Source: an uncultured virus (IMG/VR IMGVR_UViG_3300009068_000031) (lineage: Duplodnaviria > Heunggongvirae > Uroviricota > Caudoviricetes). From it: DNA of 64,000 bases. The translations under genes were made by a program, and so were the position numbers. Shown one piece after another: positions 1 to 8,825 of the stretch. The DNA is taken from positions 1-64,000 of IMG/VR virus record IMGVR_UViG_3300009068_000031; one strand, 5' to 3'. A model generated the notes under the pieces. The model ran no database searches. It was given only the letters and a program-made list of their open reading frames with translations, and had not been told where the DNA came from. Numbering within the stretch: the stretch's first letter is position 1; every line of letters begins with the position of its first letter.

Positions 1-1434
1 CACACTCAAATCGTTTTTGAATGTGACTGTGTGTGGCAAGCCCAGTGCTGTGAGATAGTGTGTTAATCTGTTGTTTAAGAATGCCAAATTTTGATCTATG
101 ATCTTCTTTCTTATGAAACTGTCCTTGTTGGTCAACAGTTTTAATAAAAATTCTTGATGGTCTTTGAGTGTTTGCAAACGATTCACTTCACTCCAATCCA
201 ATTCTTGCAGTGCTTCTGTGCTCAGCTCTGTGATTTGATCCACATAAGGATTCTGTTCCAATTCTTTGTTTTTCAATGTGGTCTTGTAGGTTTCCAAATA
301 CTGTCTGTGTTCATAGGCCTCTTTGATGGTGTCGTAAAATGTATCAGGACGCTGTGCTTGTGCGCCCAGCAATTTGACTGCTTCTTCTATCACAGCAATT
401 TCATCCACAATGCTCATGTTGTAATTCACAGCATCACCATACTCTTCTTCCAGTTTCAATTGTATTTCACAAAATTTATCGTTGTGCAATTCCTGACCAC
501 ATGCATAACAAGAAGAGTTGTCATGCAAATTATCCAAATCCTGTCCTACTTTTTTGACTGTTTTGTCTGATTGCAACAGTGTTATTTCCAAACTGCTCTT
601 GTCCTTTTGTAATTGTTTTAGTTCATTGTTGAATTTGGTCCATTCTTCCAACTGTTGATGCGACACCAGTTCTTGTTCAATGTTAACTGCTTCCAACTCT
701 GTGATGGACTTTTTAAGTTTTTCAACGTCTAAATTTTTTTGTGTGTTCCAAATTTTTTCTTTGTTGCTCAATGAATTGATGGTCTCTTTGATCTTCTCAT
801 TGCTCATCTTTAAACCTTCCAAACGAGCATTCTCCATGGCTGTGTCTTCTTTGCTGACTCTGATCTTGTCTTTGAGCAATTCTGCTTTCTCGCTCAGCAG
901 TGTGATGCCCAACAATTGTTCAATGATATCTTTCTGATCACTGGCACTCATGCTTAAAAACGGTTCAGTGTAAGTGTTCAATGCCAATATGTGTTTGAAC
1001 ATGGAATGTGATAATCCCAACATGTGATTGATAGCAGCCTGTGTCATACGACTGTCTCCTTGGCTCTCATCAGTGATCTCTTGTTCACTGTCATTGATAA
1101 AGTATCTCAGTGTATTAGGACGTCTGCCCCTTTCAATACGATATTTTATACCATCTTTCTCAAAAGTTAATGTGACCAACATGTTTTTGTTGTTGGTCTT
1201 GTTGACTAAATTTTCTCTGCGTATTTTTGTGAGTGCTTCTCCAAACAAACCATAACTCAATGCATTGATCAATGTGGTTTTACCGGTGCCGTTTCTGCTG
1301 CCAGCATCATCTCCACCTTGATCCAAATTCTCTCCCAACACCAGTGTGAGTCTTTGATTGTCAAAATCCACTCCTTGGGTTTGATTGCCCACACTCATGA
1401 AATTTTTAACTGTTAGACTCTTAATTTTTATCAT
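1..1434 (-). CDS. gp46: gp46/SbcC/Rad50-like recombination endonuclease ATPase subunit (partial, runs off the left edge)
   Basis: Not in the ORF track because it is open-ended. Read by hand: ATG at 1434 overlaps the gp47 stop (ATGA). Translates MIKIKSLTVKNFMSVGNQ, Walker A GSRNGTGKTT, a long coiled coil, a zinc hook CYAC near 495-510, and KDSFIRKKIIDQNL near the left edge. Confidence 0.9.
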   Translation of the reverse strand, partial: MIKIKSLTVKNFMSVGNQTQGVDFDNQRLTLVLGENLDQGGDDAGSRNGTGKTTLINALSYGLFGEALTKIRRENLVNKTNNKNMLVTLTFEKDGIKYRIERGRRPNTLRYFINDSEQEITDESQGDSRMTQAAINHMLGLSHSMFKHILALNTYTEPFLSMSASDQKDIIEQLLGITLLSEKAELLKDKIRVSKEDTAMENARLEGLKMSNEKIKETINSLSNKEKIWNTQKNLDVEKLKKSITELEAVNIEQELVSHQQLEEWTKFNNELKQLQKDKSSLEITLLQSDKTVKKVGQDLDNLHDNSSCYACGQELHNDKFCEIQLKLEEEYGDAVNYNMSIVDEIAVIEEAVKLLGAQAQRPDTFYDTIKEAYEHRQYLETYKTTLKNKELEQNPYVDQITELSTEALQELDWSEVNRLQTLKDHQEFLLKLLTNKDSFIRKKIIDQNLAFLNNRLTHYLTALGLPHTVTFKNDLSV

Positions 1435-2438
1435 TGTAGATCTCTGTAAATTTCCAGCAGTGTATTTTTGTTGTAACTGTCTGATTCTATGGCATTGATT
1501 TCTTTGCTGACTATTTCATCCACAGATTCAAAACGAGTAATGTCCAATGTGCTGGTCATTTCATCGTCTTTTTTGCCTGGAATTAATACAATCTCTCTGC
1601 AGTTGTAATCTTTTATAAAAGTTTCTTTGATAAAGCTGGCTTCTTCATAGCTAATGTCTATGTCCAGTGTAACTTGCAAATGCATTTTGGGTTTGATAAT
1701 ATTTTTGGCATCATTCAATAGCTCGCCCAGATTAACTTTTAGATATCTGGGACAATTGAACCAGTTGATATATCTGGGAGTGCCACCATGTTCCATAATC
1801 ATCATGCCTCGTTGATCATCATTCACGTCAGCATAGTTGTGTGGCATGGGATTGCCTATGTAATGTATATTTTTTGCTGTTTGACGTTTGTGAAAATGTC
1901 CTGTGAACACATATTCTTGACTCACAAAGTCTCCAGTCTGTATCAATCCAGTGTCTGGCATCTCTATCATGGCATTCATTAAGAAGTGTGGCAATTCAAA
2001 ATGACCAAACATGTATCTACTTTTGATTTTTTTAATTTGTTTGTATTCATCACCCACCAACCAAGGCACCAAAGTAACATCATCTATGGTGGTGGTCTCT
2101 GTGACCACAGTGATGCCTGGAATAAATCTAGCAAACTCCACTGAATGAATATCTCGTTTGTCTTTGTAATATAAATCGTGATTACCAGGAAAGAAATAAA
2201 ACTTTTCAAATGCTTTGCCCAGTTTTTCCAAACATTTGATAGAAACATCCATGGTCATCAAGTTTAATGAATTTCTATTGTGATGCCAATCGCCACAGAA
2301 TATGCCTGTTTCGCAATTGTTTTGTTTGGCTTGATCAATAAACCAATCCACAAATTCTTCACAGTCTTGATTGTGTATCACACTGTTGCTTTTTAAACCA
2401 AAGTGTATGTCAGTGAACACTGCTGCTTTTTTAAACAT
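1431..2438 (-). CDS. gp47: gp47/SbcD/Mre11-like metallophosphoesterase nuclease subunit
   Basis: Motifs DIHFG, GDWHH, GNHD and GHFH; coupled to the gp46-like gene. Confidence 0.9.
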   Translation of the reverse strand: MFKKAAVFTDIHFGLKSNSVIHNQDCEEFVDWFIDQAKQNNCETGIFCGDWHHNRNSLNLMTMDVSIKCLEKLGKAFEKFYFFPGNHDLYYKDKRDIHSVEFARFIPGITVVTETTTIDDVTLVPWLVGDEYKQIKKIKSRYMFGHFELPHFLMNAMIEMPDTGLIQTGDFVSQEYVFTGHFHKRQTAKNIHYIGNPMPHNYADVNDDQRGMMIMEHGGTPRYINWFNCPRYLKVNLGELLNDAKNIIKPKMHLQVTLDIDISYEEASFIKETFIKDYNCREIVLIPGKKDDEMTSTLDITRFESVDEIVSKEINAIESDSYNKNTLLEIYRDLQ

Positions 2439-2462
2439 TCAAATATCTTCCTTTAAATTGAT

Positions 2463-2491
2463 ATTGTAAGGCAAAAACCAAAATAAGTCAA
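2463..2491 (-). promoter_or_regulatory. Host sigma70-type promoter for gp47/gp46
   Basis: Minus strand reads TTGACT-17 nt-TACAAT, followed by an AAAGGA SD-like sequence upstream of the ATG at 2438. Confidence 0.7.
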
Positions 2492-2495
2492 TCTT

Positions 2496-3320
2496 TTAGG
2501 ATTTCTTTTTAAATTCTCTATCAATGGCTTTGTCGTATGACTCTTTGTTCTGTCTGGTAAAACTAGGCATCATATCATTCATTTCCATAATATCATCTCT
2601 GATATTTTGATTTCTTTTTTCAATGTTGATGATTCTCACAAAAGAATTGGTCACTGCTGCTGTGTAGTAAGCAAATGGATTGTTGGACTTTGATTCATCA
2701 AATTGCAATCCAATCTGAGTCAGCTGCAGTATGGCCTGTCCTTGCATCTCGTCATTGTAGGTGTAACCTCTCACATTGCCTCGGGTGGCATAACGTTCAC
2801 ACAGTTTCATCCACATCATGGCCAACTTGGCAGTGGGTTTACCACTTACTTTAGTAAACTTGCCATTGTGCAAGCCACCTTCCCAATGACTTTTGCCCAC
2901 ACATGAAAGATTGTCTTTGCTGTCAAACTTCCAGTGTTGGAAGGCAGGAAAGTTTACTTTAACTTTGGAGTCTGCTGAACTCTTGGGATTTTTTTTGCGT
3001 CCAGGTTCATTGGGTATGTGATCATAGGTCATCACTCTGAACACCAAATCTTCCTTTTGAATTTTTTTATAGTCCACTTCACATTCAGACAGTTTCACTT
3101 TGGGATCCACTGCTTTGCGTCTTTCAAATTCTTCCACTGATAGTCTTTTGGCTCTGACTCTTTTGGCTTCGGCAATGGTTCTCACATTGATCTTTTCCAA
3201 TGAGGATACAATAGCATCATATCTGTGATGTTCATCTTTGAGGTAACTGCAATAGCTGTTCTTGGATTTGTGTATTTCTTCCAACAGATCTTTGTTGTTG
3301 AGGTAGTTGATTTTTTTCAT
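2496..3320 (-). CDS. gp55: gp55-like phage late-transcription sigma factor
   Basis: N-terminal NYLNNKDLL and C-terminal GYTYNDEM...FDESKSNNPFAYYT..VTNSFVRII resemble T4 gp55 motifs. The gp55-gp47-gp46 order is typical of T4-like phages. Confidence 0.8.
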   Translation of the reverse strand: MKKINYLNNKDLLEEIHKSKNSYCSYLKDEHHRYDAIVSSLEKINVRTIAEAKRVRAKRLSVEEFERRKAVDPKVKLSECEVDYKKIQKEDLVFRVMTYDHIPNEPGRKKNPKSSADSKVKVNFPAFQHWKFDSKDNLSCVGKSHWEGGLHNGKFTKVSGKPTAKLAMMWMKLCERYATRGNVRGYTYNDEMQGQAILQLTQIGLQFDESKSNNPFAYYTAAVTNSFVRIINIEKRNQNIRDDIMEMNDMMPSFTRQNKESYDKAIDREFKKKS

Positions 3321-3344
3321 CGAATTCCTTTATAATTAGCCTTC

Positions 3345-3373
3345 AGTATAAACTACCCAGTTAATTTTGTCAA
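3345..3373 (-). promoter_or_regulatory. Host sigma70-type promoter of the gp55-like gene
   Basis: Minus strand reads TTGACA (3373-3368), 17 nt, TATACT (3350-3345). SD AAAGGA precedes the ATG at 3320. Confidence 0.75.
3348..3365. promoter_or_regulatory. Dyad-symmetric operator-like motif, copy 1 (ATAAACTA-CC-CAGTTAAT)
   Basis: Matches the inverted repeat ATTAACTG-NN-CAGTTAAT also seen at 8773 and 48149; lies 8 nt upstream of a TAAATA element. Confidence 0.55.
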
Positions 3374-3379
3374 TAAATA
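3372..3379 (+). promoter_or_regulatory. T4-type late promoter (AATAAATA) for the baseplate operon
   Basis: Variant of the gp55-recognised TATAAATA in the intergenic region upstream of the ATG at 3399. Confidence 0.65.
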
Positions 3380-3398
3380 CTTGAGAAAAGGTAACCAT

Positions 3399-4247
3399 AT
3401 GCCAATAGACAGAAACGACAACATAGATCCAGCACTAGCAGTGAACAATTTTTTGGGTGGAGTGGGCAGCACTGCAGCCAACATAGCTGGAAAAGCGGCT
3501 GCTTCAGTGCAGGCTTTCACCAATCCTGCCAATCTTGTGTCAAACATCAGATCTAAATTTTTACCAAAAGATGGCATTGCAGGAACCAAAACACTCACTC
3601 AGGCCACCACAGCCACCAAACCTGGAGAAAAAGATTGGAGAGTAAAATTAAGTTTGCCTTCACACTTTGTGGGAGAAGCCATGGCACCTTTGACAAAAAC
3701 CGGAGGTTTGTGTTTTCCCTACACACCTTCCATCATTGTGAGTCACAACGCATCCTACACGCCTATTAATCCTGTACACACAAATTATACCATGAACGCT
3801 TACAACAACAGTACAGTGGATCAGATCACAATCAATGCTGATTTTTTTGTGCAGAATGCTTTGGAAGCCAGATACTGGGTGGCAGCTGTTCATTATTTGC
3901 GATCAGTGACCAAAATGAAATATGGTGAATCAAGTTCAGATGCTGGATCACCACCACCAGTGGTTTTATTGAATGGCTATGGAGATTTTGTTTTTAAAAA
4001 TATTCCAGTGATTGTGACTCAGTTTCAATTTGATCTACCTCAGGATGTGGATTATATCAGTTGCACTTTGGAAGTGCCTGAGTTGGAAGGTCAAACAGAA
4101 CAATACAACACAGCAGCATGGGCACCCACACAAAGTTTGTTGACAGTGACAGTGCAGCCTCAATATTCAAGATCTACCATTTCACAATTCAACATGGATA
4201 GTTTTATAAATGGAGAATATATCAAAAAATCTGGAGGATTTATCTAA
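3399..4247 (+). CDS. Putative baseplate tail-tube initiator/cap protein (gp48/gp54- or CIS tube-initiator-like)
   Basis: FPYTP...SPPPVVLLNGYG...IPVIVTQFQFDLP pattern and position before the LysM, hub and spike genes. Start moved to the ATG at 3399. Confidence 0.5.
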   Translation: MPIDRNDNIDPALAVNNFLGGVGSTAANIAGKAAASVQAFTNPANLVSNIRSKFLPKDGIAGTKTLTQATTATKPGEKDWRVKLSLPSHFVGEAMAPLTKTGGLCFPYTPSIIVSHNASYTPINPVHTNYTMNAYNNSTVDQITINADFFVQNALEARYWVAAVHYLRSVTKMKYGESSSDAGSPPPVVLLNGYGDFVFKNIPVIVTQFQFDLPQDVDYISCTLEVPELEGQTEQYNTAAWAPTQSLLTVTVQPQYSRSTISQFNMDSFINGEYIKKSGGFI

Positions 4248-4549
4248 TGGCCACATACAGCATTATGAGTCCTTGGCACAACACAGAAACTGTCAATGAA
4301 CAATATTTAGGATTGTTAAGCATCAGACCTGTGCCCGAAACCAGCGACGATGTTCTATACACAGTGGAAGTTCAATACACTCACAGACCAGATCTATTGG
4401 CCTATGACTTGTATGGATCCACAAAACTTTGGTGGGTATTCTCACAAAGAAATCCTGAAGCATTGAAAGATCCCATCTATGATTTGGTGGCTGATTTAAA
4501 AATTTATCTACCTCAAGGTCCTAAATTAAGATCACTATTAGGATTATAA
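4247..4549 (+). CDS. LysM-like baseplate wedge protein (gp53/P2 gpX-like)
   Basis: Pattern YTV...RPDLLAYDLYG..KLWWVF..RNP...DPIYDL...LKIYLP. Confidence 0.7.
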   Translation: MATYSIMSPWHNTETVNEQYLGLLSIRPVPETSDDVLYTVEVQYTHRPDLLAYDLYGSTKLWWVFSQRNPEALKDPIYDLVADLKIYLPQGPKLRSLLGL

Positions 4550-4550
4550 A

Positions 4551-6785
4551 ATGTCCATTATAAAAAATAATGACAACATCTCAGTACAATTCAAAGATGC
4601 TGGCGGTAACACCATTCAAAACTTCAACGGAAGAAAAACATACAAGGAACAAAGAGATGAAGATGGCGGCACTTACTATGTGGCTGCAGAGACCAGTCCC
4701 AATGTTCAAAAAAATGTATTGCACAAATTCAGCAGTTTCAACACAATTTTCACACTGAGTTGTTTGACTGTGGATGAAATCAACAATCCCTACAGTTTAA
4801 GAATCAAAACTCCTGAAAAAGTTATATTGCGAAACGGTGGATCCAGCGCAAGTAAATTTCCCACTCAATATGATAAGCCATTGGATGGCAGCAATTCAGG
4901 CACAGCTGCCAGAGAATTTTTCATCACAGATGTGGATATAAACACAGTGATATCACCCAATCCAAAAACCAAACACACCAATGCTTACAAAATAAATTTT
5001 ACTGTGATAGAACCCTACAGTTTGGGCACATTCATAGAAACTTTAAGAACTGTGGCAGCTTCTTGCGGTCACAAAAATCATACCACTGCTCCTTATTGTT
5101 TGATGATGGAATTCAAAGGGTATGATGAAACAGGCAAAATTTATAATGTGGAAGGATCCAAAAGAATAATACCTATCAAAATTGTTCAAATAGATTTTGA
5201 AGCCAACCAAGCAGGATCCACCTATGCTTGTCAAGCCACTGCATGGAATGAATTTGCTTTGGATGGAGTTATACAGTCCATCAACACAGATATCACACTG
5301 AAAGGCAGCACAGTGCAAGAAATGTTGCAGGTAAGTTTGCAAGATCAACTGAATCAAATCAAAGATAAAAGCAATCAAGACAAAGACCAAAGAAAACACA
5401 AAATAGATGATTACATTATAAATTTTCCCACACCAGAAGCATTGCAAAACAGACAAAACACAATCACACCCAGCAGTGATGCAGCAACAGCAGGCAAAAT
5501 CACACCTAATGAACAACGCAAAGTATTAGTGGGCACCAACACAGATGTTAACAGCACTCCCAAAGGACTGTCTTACAAACAAAACAAAGACTCATTGAAT
5601 GCCATAGGCGGAGTCAAACTTTTAGTCAGTTCTTCACAAGTGGAAAATGTGGCTCAAAATCTTGGATATGACAAAAACAGCAAAGTTATAGACACTGCTC
5701 AAATAGGCAAAGATTTAAACCTTAGAAAATTAAGTTTCAAACAAGGCAGCAATATTGAAAATATTATAACCACAGTGATAACTTTCAGCGAATATGCTGC
5801 TAAATCTTTGAACGACAACAGTGGAACATTTAAAAAATGGTTTAGAATATCTACCAGAACTTTCATAATCAAAGACGACGACATCATGCAAAAGTATGGA
5901 AGAAATCCTTATCTTTTTGTGTATGATGTGATACCTTATGATGTGCATGAATCATCATTTGCCAAACCCAATGTAAAAACAGAAACCAAAGATATAGAAT
6001 CACAGATTGTGAAAGAATATGATTATCTTTACACAGGAAAAAATCTTGATGTATTGGATTTTCAACTGAAATACAATTTTGCTTTTCTTGCAATATTACC
6101 CTCAGATCAAGCCAAATCCAAAAGTAGACCAGATGACAAAGACAGAGATTCCAAAGATGGCAACAATAGTTCGGACAGCACACCAGGAGACACAGCAGAT
6201 TCAAACACCGGATCGGGCACATCTTCCATGGGAGTGGTGCGTAGACAATTCAATCTATATGAAGCTATCAGCGGTTTGTCAGATGAACAAAGATTGGCTT
6301 TGGAATTCAATGAAGCAATCATACACAGCAATGCAGATTTAATCACAGTGAATTTGACCATTCTGGGTGATCCTTATTACATAGCAGACAGCGGTATGGG
6401 CAATTACTATGCATCCATCAAACCCGATGCCAATGGCAAACCATCTAAATTTATAAACAAAGATGGAGCCATGGAAGGCACTTATTCAGGAGTTTATATT
6501 GCTATTAATTTTAGAACGCCCATTGATTATGGCAGCAATGGTGAAACCATGTTTAGAGACACTGCTCAGCAAGCAGAAAGATTCATACCAGTGCCTGCTT
6601 TCAGTGGTATATATAAAGTGAACATGGTCAATAATATTTTTCAAGGTGCTGTGTTCAAACAAGAATTGCAGTGCATAAGATTACAAAATCAAGAAGTTAA
6701 GAAAAAACCAGAAAAAGACAACAAAGCATTGGGACCAGCAACTGATTTTGGAAAAGAATCTGATGGATTTACTCCAGAGTTTTAA
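4551..6785 (+). CDS. Putative baseplate hub protein (gp27/gpD-like)
   Basis: Lies between the LysM-like and spike genes. C-terminal LTILGDPY and FSGIYKVNMVNNIF..FKQEL are typical of hub proteins. Confidence 0.55.
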   Translation: MSIIKNNDNISVQFKDAGGNTIQNFNGRKTYKEQRDEDGGTYYVAAETSPNVQKNVLHKFSSFNTIFTLSCLTVDEINNPYSLRIKTPEKVILRNGGSSASKFPTQYDKPLDGSNSGTAAREFFITDVDINTVISPNPKTKHTNAYKINFTVIEPYSLGTFIETLRTVAASCGHKNHTTAPYCLMMEFKGYDETGKIYNVEGSKRIIPIKIVQIDFEANQAGSTYACQATAWNEFALDGVIQSINTDITLKGSTVQEMLQVSLQDQLNQIKDKSNQDKDQRKHKIDDYIINFPTPEALQNRQNTITPSSDAATAGKITPNEQRKVLVGTNTDVNSTPKGLSYKQNKDSLNAIGGVKLLVSSSQVENVAQNLGYDKNSKVIDTAQIGKDLNLRKLSFKQGSNIENIITTVITFSEYAAKSLNDNSGTFKKWFRISTRTFIIKDDDIMQKYGRNPYLFVYDVIPYDVHESSFAKPNVKTETKDIESQIVKEYDYLYTGKNLDVLDFQLKYNFAFLAILPSDQAKSKSRPDDKDRDSKDGNNSSDSTPGDTADSNTGSGTSSMGVVRRQFNLYEAISGLSDEQRLALEFNEAIIHSNADLITVNLTILGDPYYIADSGMGNYYASIKPDANGKPSKFINKDGAMEGTYSGVYIAINFRTPIDYGSNGETMFRDTAQQAERFIPVPAFSGIYKVNMVNNIFQGAVFKQELQCIRLQNQEVKKKPEKDNKALGPATDFGKESDGFTPEF

Positions 6786-6809
6786 AATTTATGAATACAC
6801 AGGAGCATA

Positions 6810-8309
6810 ATGTTTAGAGGTACACAAAAAAGAGATTCAACCAGAGACCAAATGGTCAAAGATCCTGGCCCATATGAAGCCATAGTGACCAGTCATCTGG
6901 ACACCAAATATTCCGGCACGCTGGAAGTGGAACTGCTCAAAGCCAGTGTGAGTGGCAATGATCCTTTTGAAGTGGGACAAAGAGTGAATGTGAAATACTG
7001 CAGTCCTTTCTATGGTATCACTTCCTATGATGGAGTCACAATGAATCGTGGCTATCAAGACAGCCAACAAAGTTATGGTATGTGGTTTGTGCCACCTGAT
7101 GTGGGCGTTAAAGTGTTGGTGATATTTGTAGAAGGCAACATCAACAAGGGCTATTGGTTTGGTTGTGTGCAGGCAGAAAATCAAAATTTTATGCTGCCAG
7201 ATGGTAGAGCTGCAACTTCATTCACTGATGTCAACGATGATCCAACATTACGAGGAAAAAAATTACCTGTGGGAGAATACAATAAAAAATTAATTGACAA
7301 CACTAGAAATTTAACTGACAGTACTAAAAACTTAAAACCCATCAACCAACGATTTGTGGACATACTGAACAGTCAAGGATTATTGGAAGATGAAATCAGA
7401 GGAATAACCACCAGCAGTGCCAGACGAGAAGTGCCCAGCAGTGTGTTTGGTATCAGCACTCCAGGACCTGTGGACAAACAGGGCAATGCCCGAGGCAAAG
7501 GCGGTAGATATTATTCTAGATTGGGCGGCAGCAGTTTTGTGATGGATGACGGTGACGATAAATTTTTGCGCAAAACATCTGCAGCTGAAGGTCCTTCAGA
7601 ATATGTGAGCAGAGAGTTGTTTGAGTTGGAAGGCGATGAAACCATACCTCACAATGAACTGGTGCGTATCAGAACCAGAACAGGTCATCAAATATTGCTG
7701 CACAATTCAGAAGATTTGATCTACATTGGCAACTCAAAAGGCACCACTTGGGTGGAATTAACAGCCAATGGCAAAATAGATGTGTATGCCAAAGACAGCA
7801 TCAGTTTTCACACAGAAACAGATTTTAATTTTAAAGCAGACAGAGATGTGAACATTGAAGCAGGTCGCAATGTGAATATTAAAGCATTAAACAATGTGCA
7901 AATGGAAAGCAATCAAAATTTAAATCTAGTGATAGGTGCTGATGGGTTTATAACCACAGGATCCAATTTAAATGTGAACAGTGCCAACAATTATTTCACG
8001 TCTACCAGTGAAACTCATATTAAAAGTGATGTTCAATACAGTTCAGGATCAAAAGCATATTCAAATTTTCCAACAGGAGGAACAGCCGATGCCACTGCAG
8101 CAGGCAGTGCTTCTATTTTGAATACATTCACTAATCCAGGAGAAAATTCAGAAAACATAATGAAACGTGTGCCACAACATGAACCTTGGCCACAGCATGA
8201 AAACTTAAATCCCAACAATGTTAGTAATGATTTAACAGACAGAGAAAATCCTAACAACATCATCGATTCCTCTTTAACTCAAATAAAGGACACTTTTACA
8301 AAAAATTAA
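6810..8309 (+). CDS. gp5/VgrG-like baseplate central spike (OB fold plus beta-helix, no lysozyme domain evident)
   Basis: GMWFVPPDVGVKVLVIFVEG OB-fold motif, RIRTRTGHQILL, and short beta repeats (NFKADRDVNIEAGRNVNIKA). AGGAG SD upstream. Confidence 0.75.
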   Translation: MFRGTQKRDSTRDQMVKDPGPYEAIVTSHLDTKYSGTLEVELLKASVSGNDPFEVGQRVNVKYCSPFYGITSYDGVTMNRGYQDSQQSYGMWFVPPDVGVKVLVIFVEGNINKGYWFGCVQAENQNFMLPDGRAATSFTDVNDDPTLRGKKLPVGEYNKKLIDNTRNLTDSTKNLKPINQRFVDILNSQGLLEDEIRGITTSSARREVPSSVFGISTPGPVDKQGNARGKGGRYYSRLGGSSFVMDDGDDKFLRKTSAAEGPSEYVSRELFELEGDETIPHNELVRIRTRTGHQILLHNSEDLIYIGNSKGTTWVELTANGKIDVYAKDSISFHTETDFNFKADRDVNIEAGRNVNIKALNNVQMESNQNLNLVIGADGFITTGSNLNVNSANNYFTSTSETHIKSDVQYSSGSKAYSNFPTGGTADATAAGSASILNTFTNPGENSENIMKRVPQHEPWPQHENLNPNNVSNDLTDRENPNNIIDSSLTQIKDTFTKN

Positions 8310-8311
8310 CG

Positions 8312-8319
8312 AATAAATA
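8312..8319 (+). promoter_or_regulatory. Late promoter (AATAAATA) 5 nt before the gp25-like ATG
   Basis: TAAATA at 8314-8319, then TTCAT, then ATG at 8325; no SD between them. Confidence 0.6.
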
Positions 8320-8324
8320 TTCAT

Positions 8325-8771
8325 ATGAGCACCAAAGAGAAAAAATTATACAAAGACATCACAGTACGAGCCAACAAAACACCCTCGGCACCTGTGGGAC
8401 CTAGAGCCTACAGAGGTGTCAGCACAGTGAATCCTGATGCCAACAGTTTTAATCTGTATGACATAGCACTGATCAAACAGGATTTGTTGAATCATTTTCA
8501 CATCCGTCAGGGAGAAAAATTAGAAAATCCTGAATTTGGTACAATTATATGGGACGCACTGTTTGAACCACTGACAGAAGACATGAAGCAAGCCATCATA
8601 CAAAATGTCACAGAAATTGTCAATTATGACCCTAGAGTGCAGGTCAATTCAGTCACAGTGGACACTTATGAGAGTGGAATTCAAATAGAATGTGATCTTA
8701 CCTATCTTCCCTACAATATTTCTGAAAACATGCGTCTAAAGTTTGATGAAAACAACGGTTTAATCAACTAG
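8325..8771 (+). CDS. gp25: gp25-like baseplate wedge/sheath initiator
   Basis: Signature IKQDLLNHF..RQGEK..NPEFGT.IWDALFEP...YDPRV. Confidence 0.85.
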   Translation: MSTKEKKLYKDITVRANKTPSAPVGPRAYRGVSTVNPDANSFNLYDIALIKQDLLNHFHIRQGEKLENPEFGTIIWDALFEPLTEDMKQAIIQNVTEIVNYDPRVQVNSVTVDTYESGIQIECDLTYLPYNISENMRLKFDENNGLIN

Positions 8772-8772
8772 A

Positions 8773-8805
8773 ATTAACTGAGCATTTAATCAAACATAAT
8801 AAATA
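8773..8805 (+). promoter_or_regulatory. Dyad motif copy 2 (ATTAACTG-AG-CATTTAAT, 8773-8790) plus late promoter TAAATA (8800-8805) for the gp6 operon
   Basis: Both elements read directly in the 54-nt intergenic region. Confidence 0.6.
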
Positions 8806-8825
8806 AGTTTAACCAATGAGAACTT

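Noticed and set aside
154..1255. Short plus-strand ORFs in the track, and the many similar short antisense or nested ORFs across the window
   Set aside because: They are shadows of long, motif-bearing genes on the other strand or frame (here gp46), with no SD or recognisable motifs.
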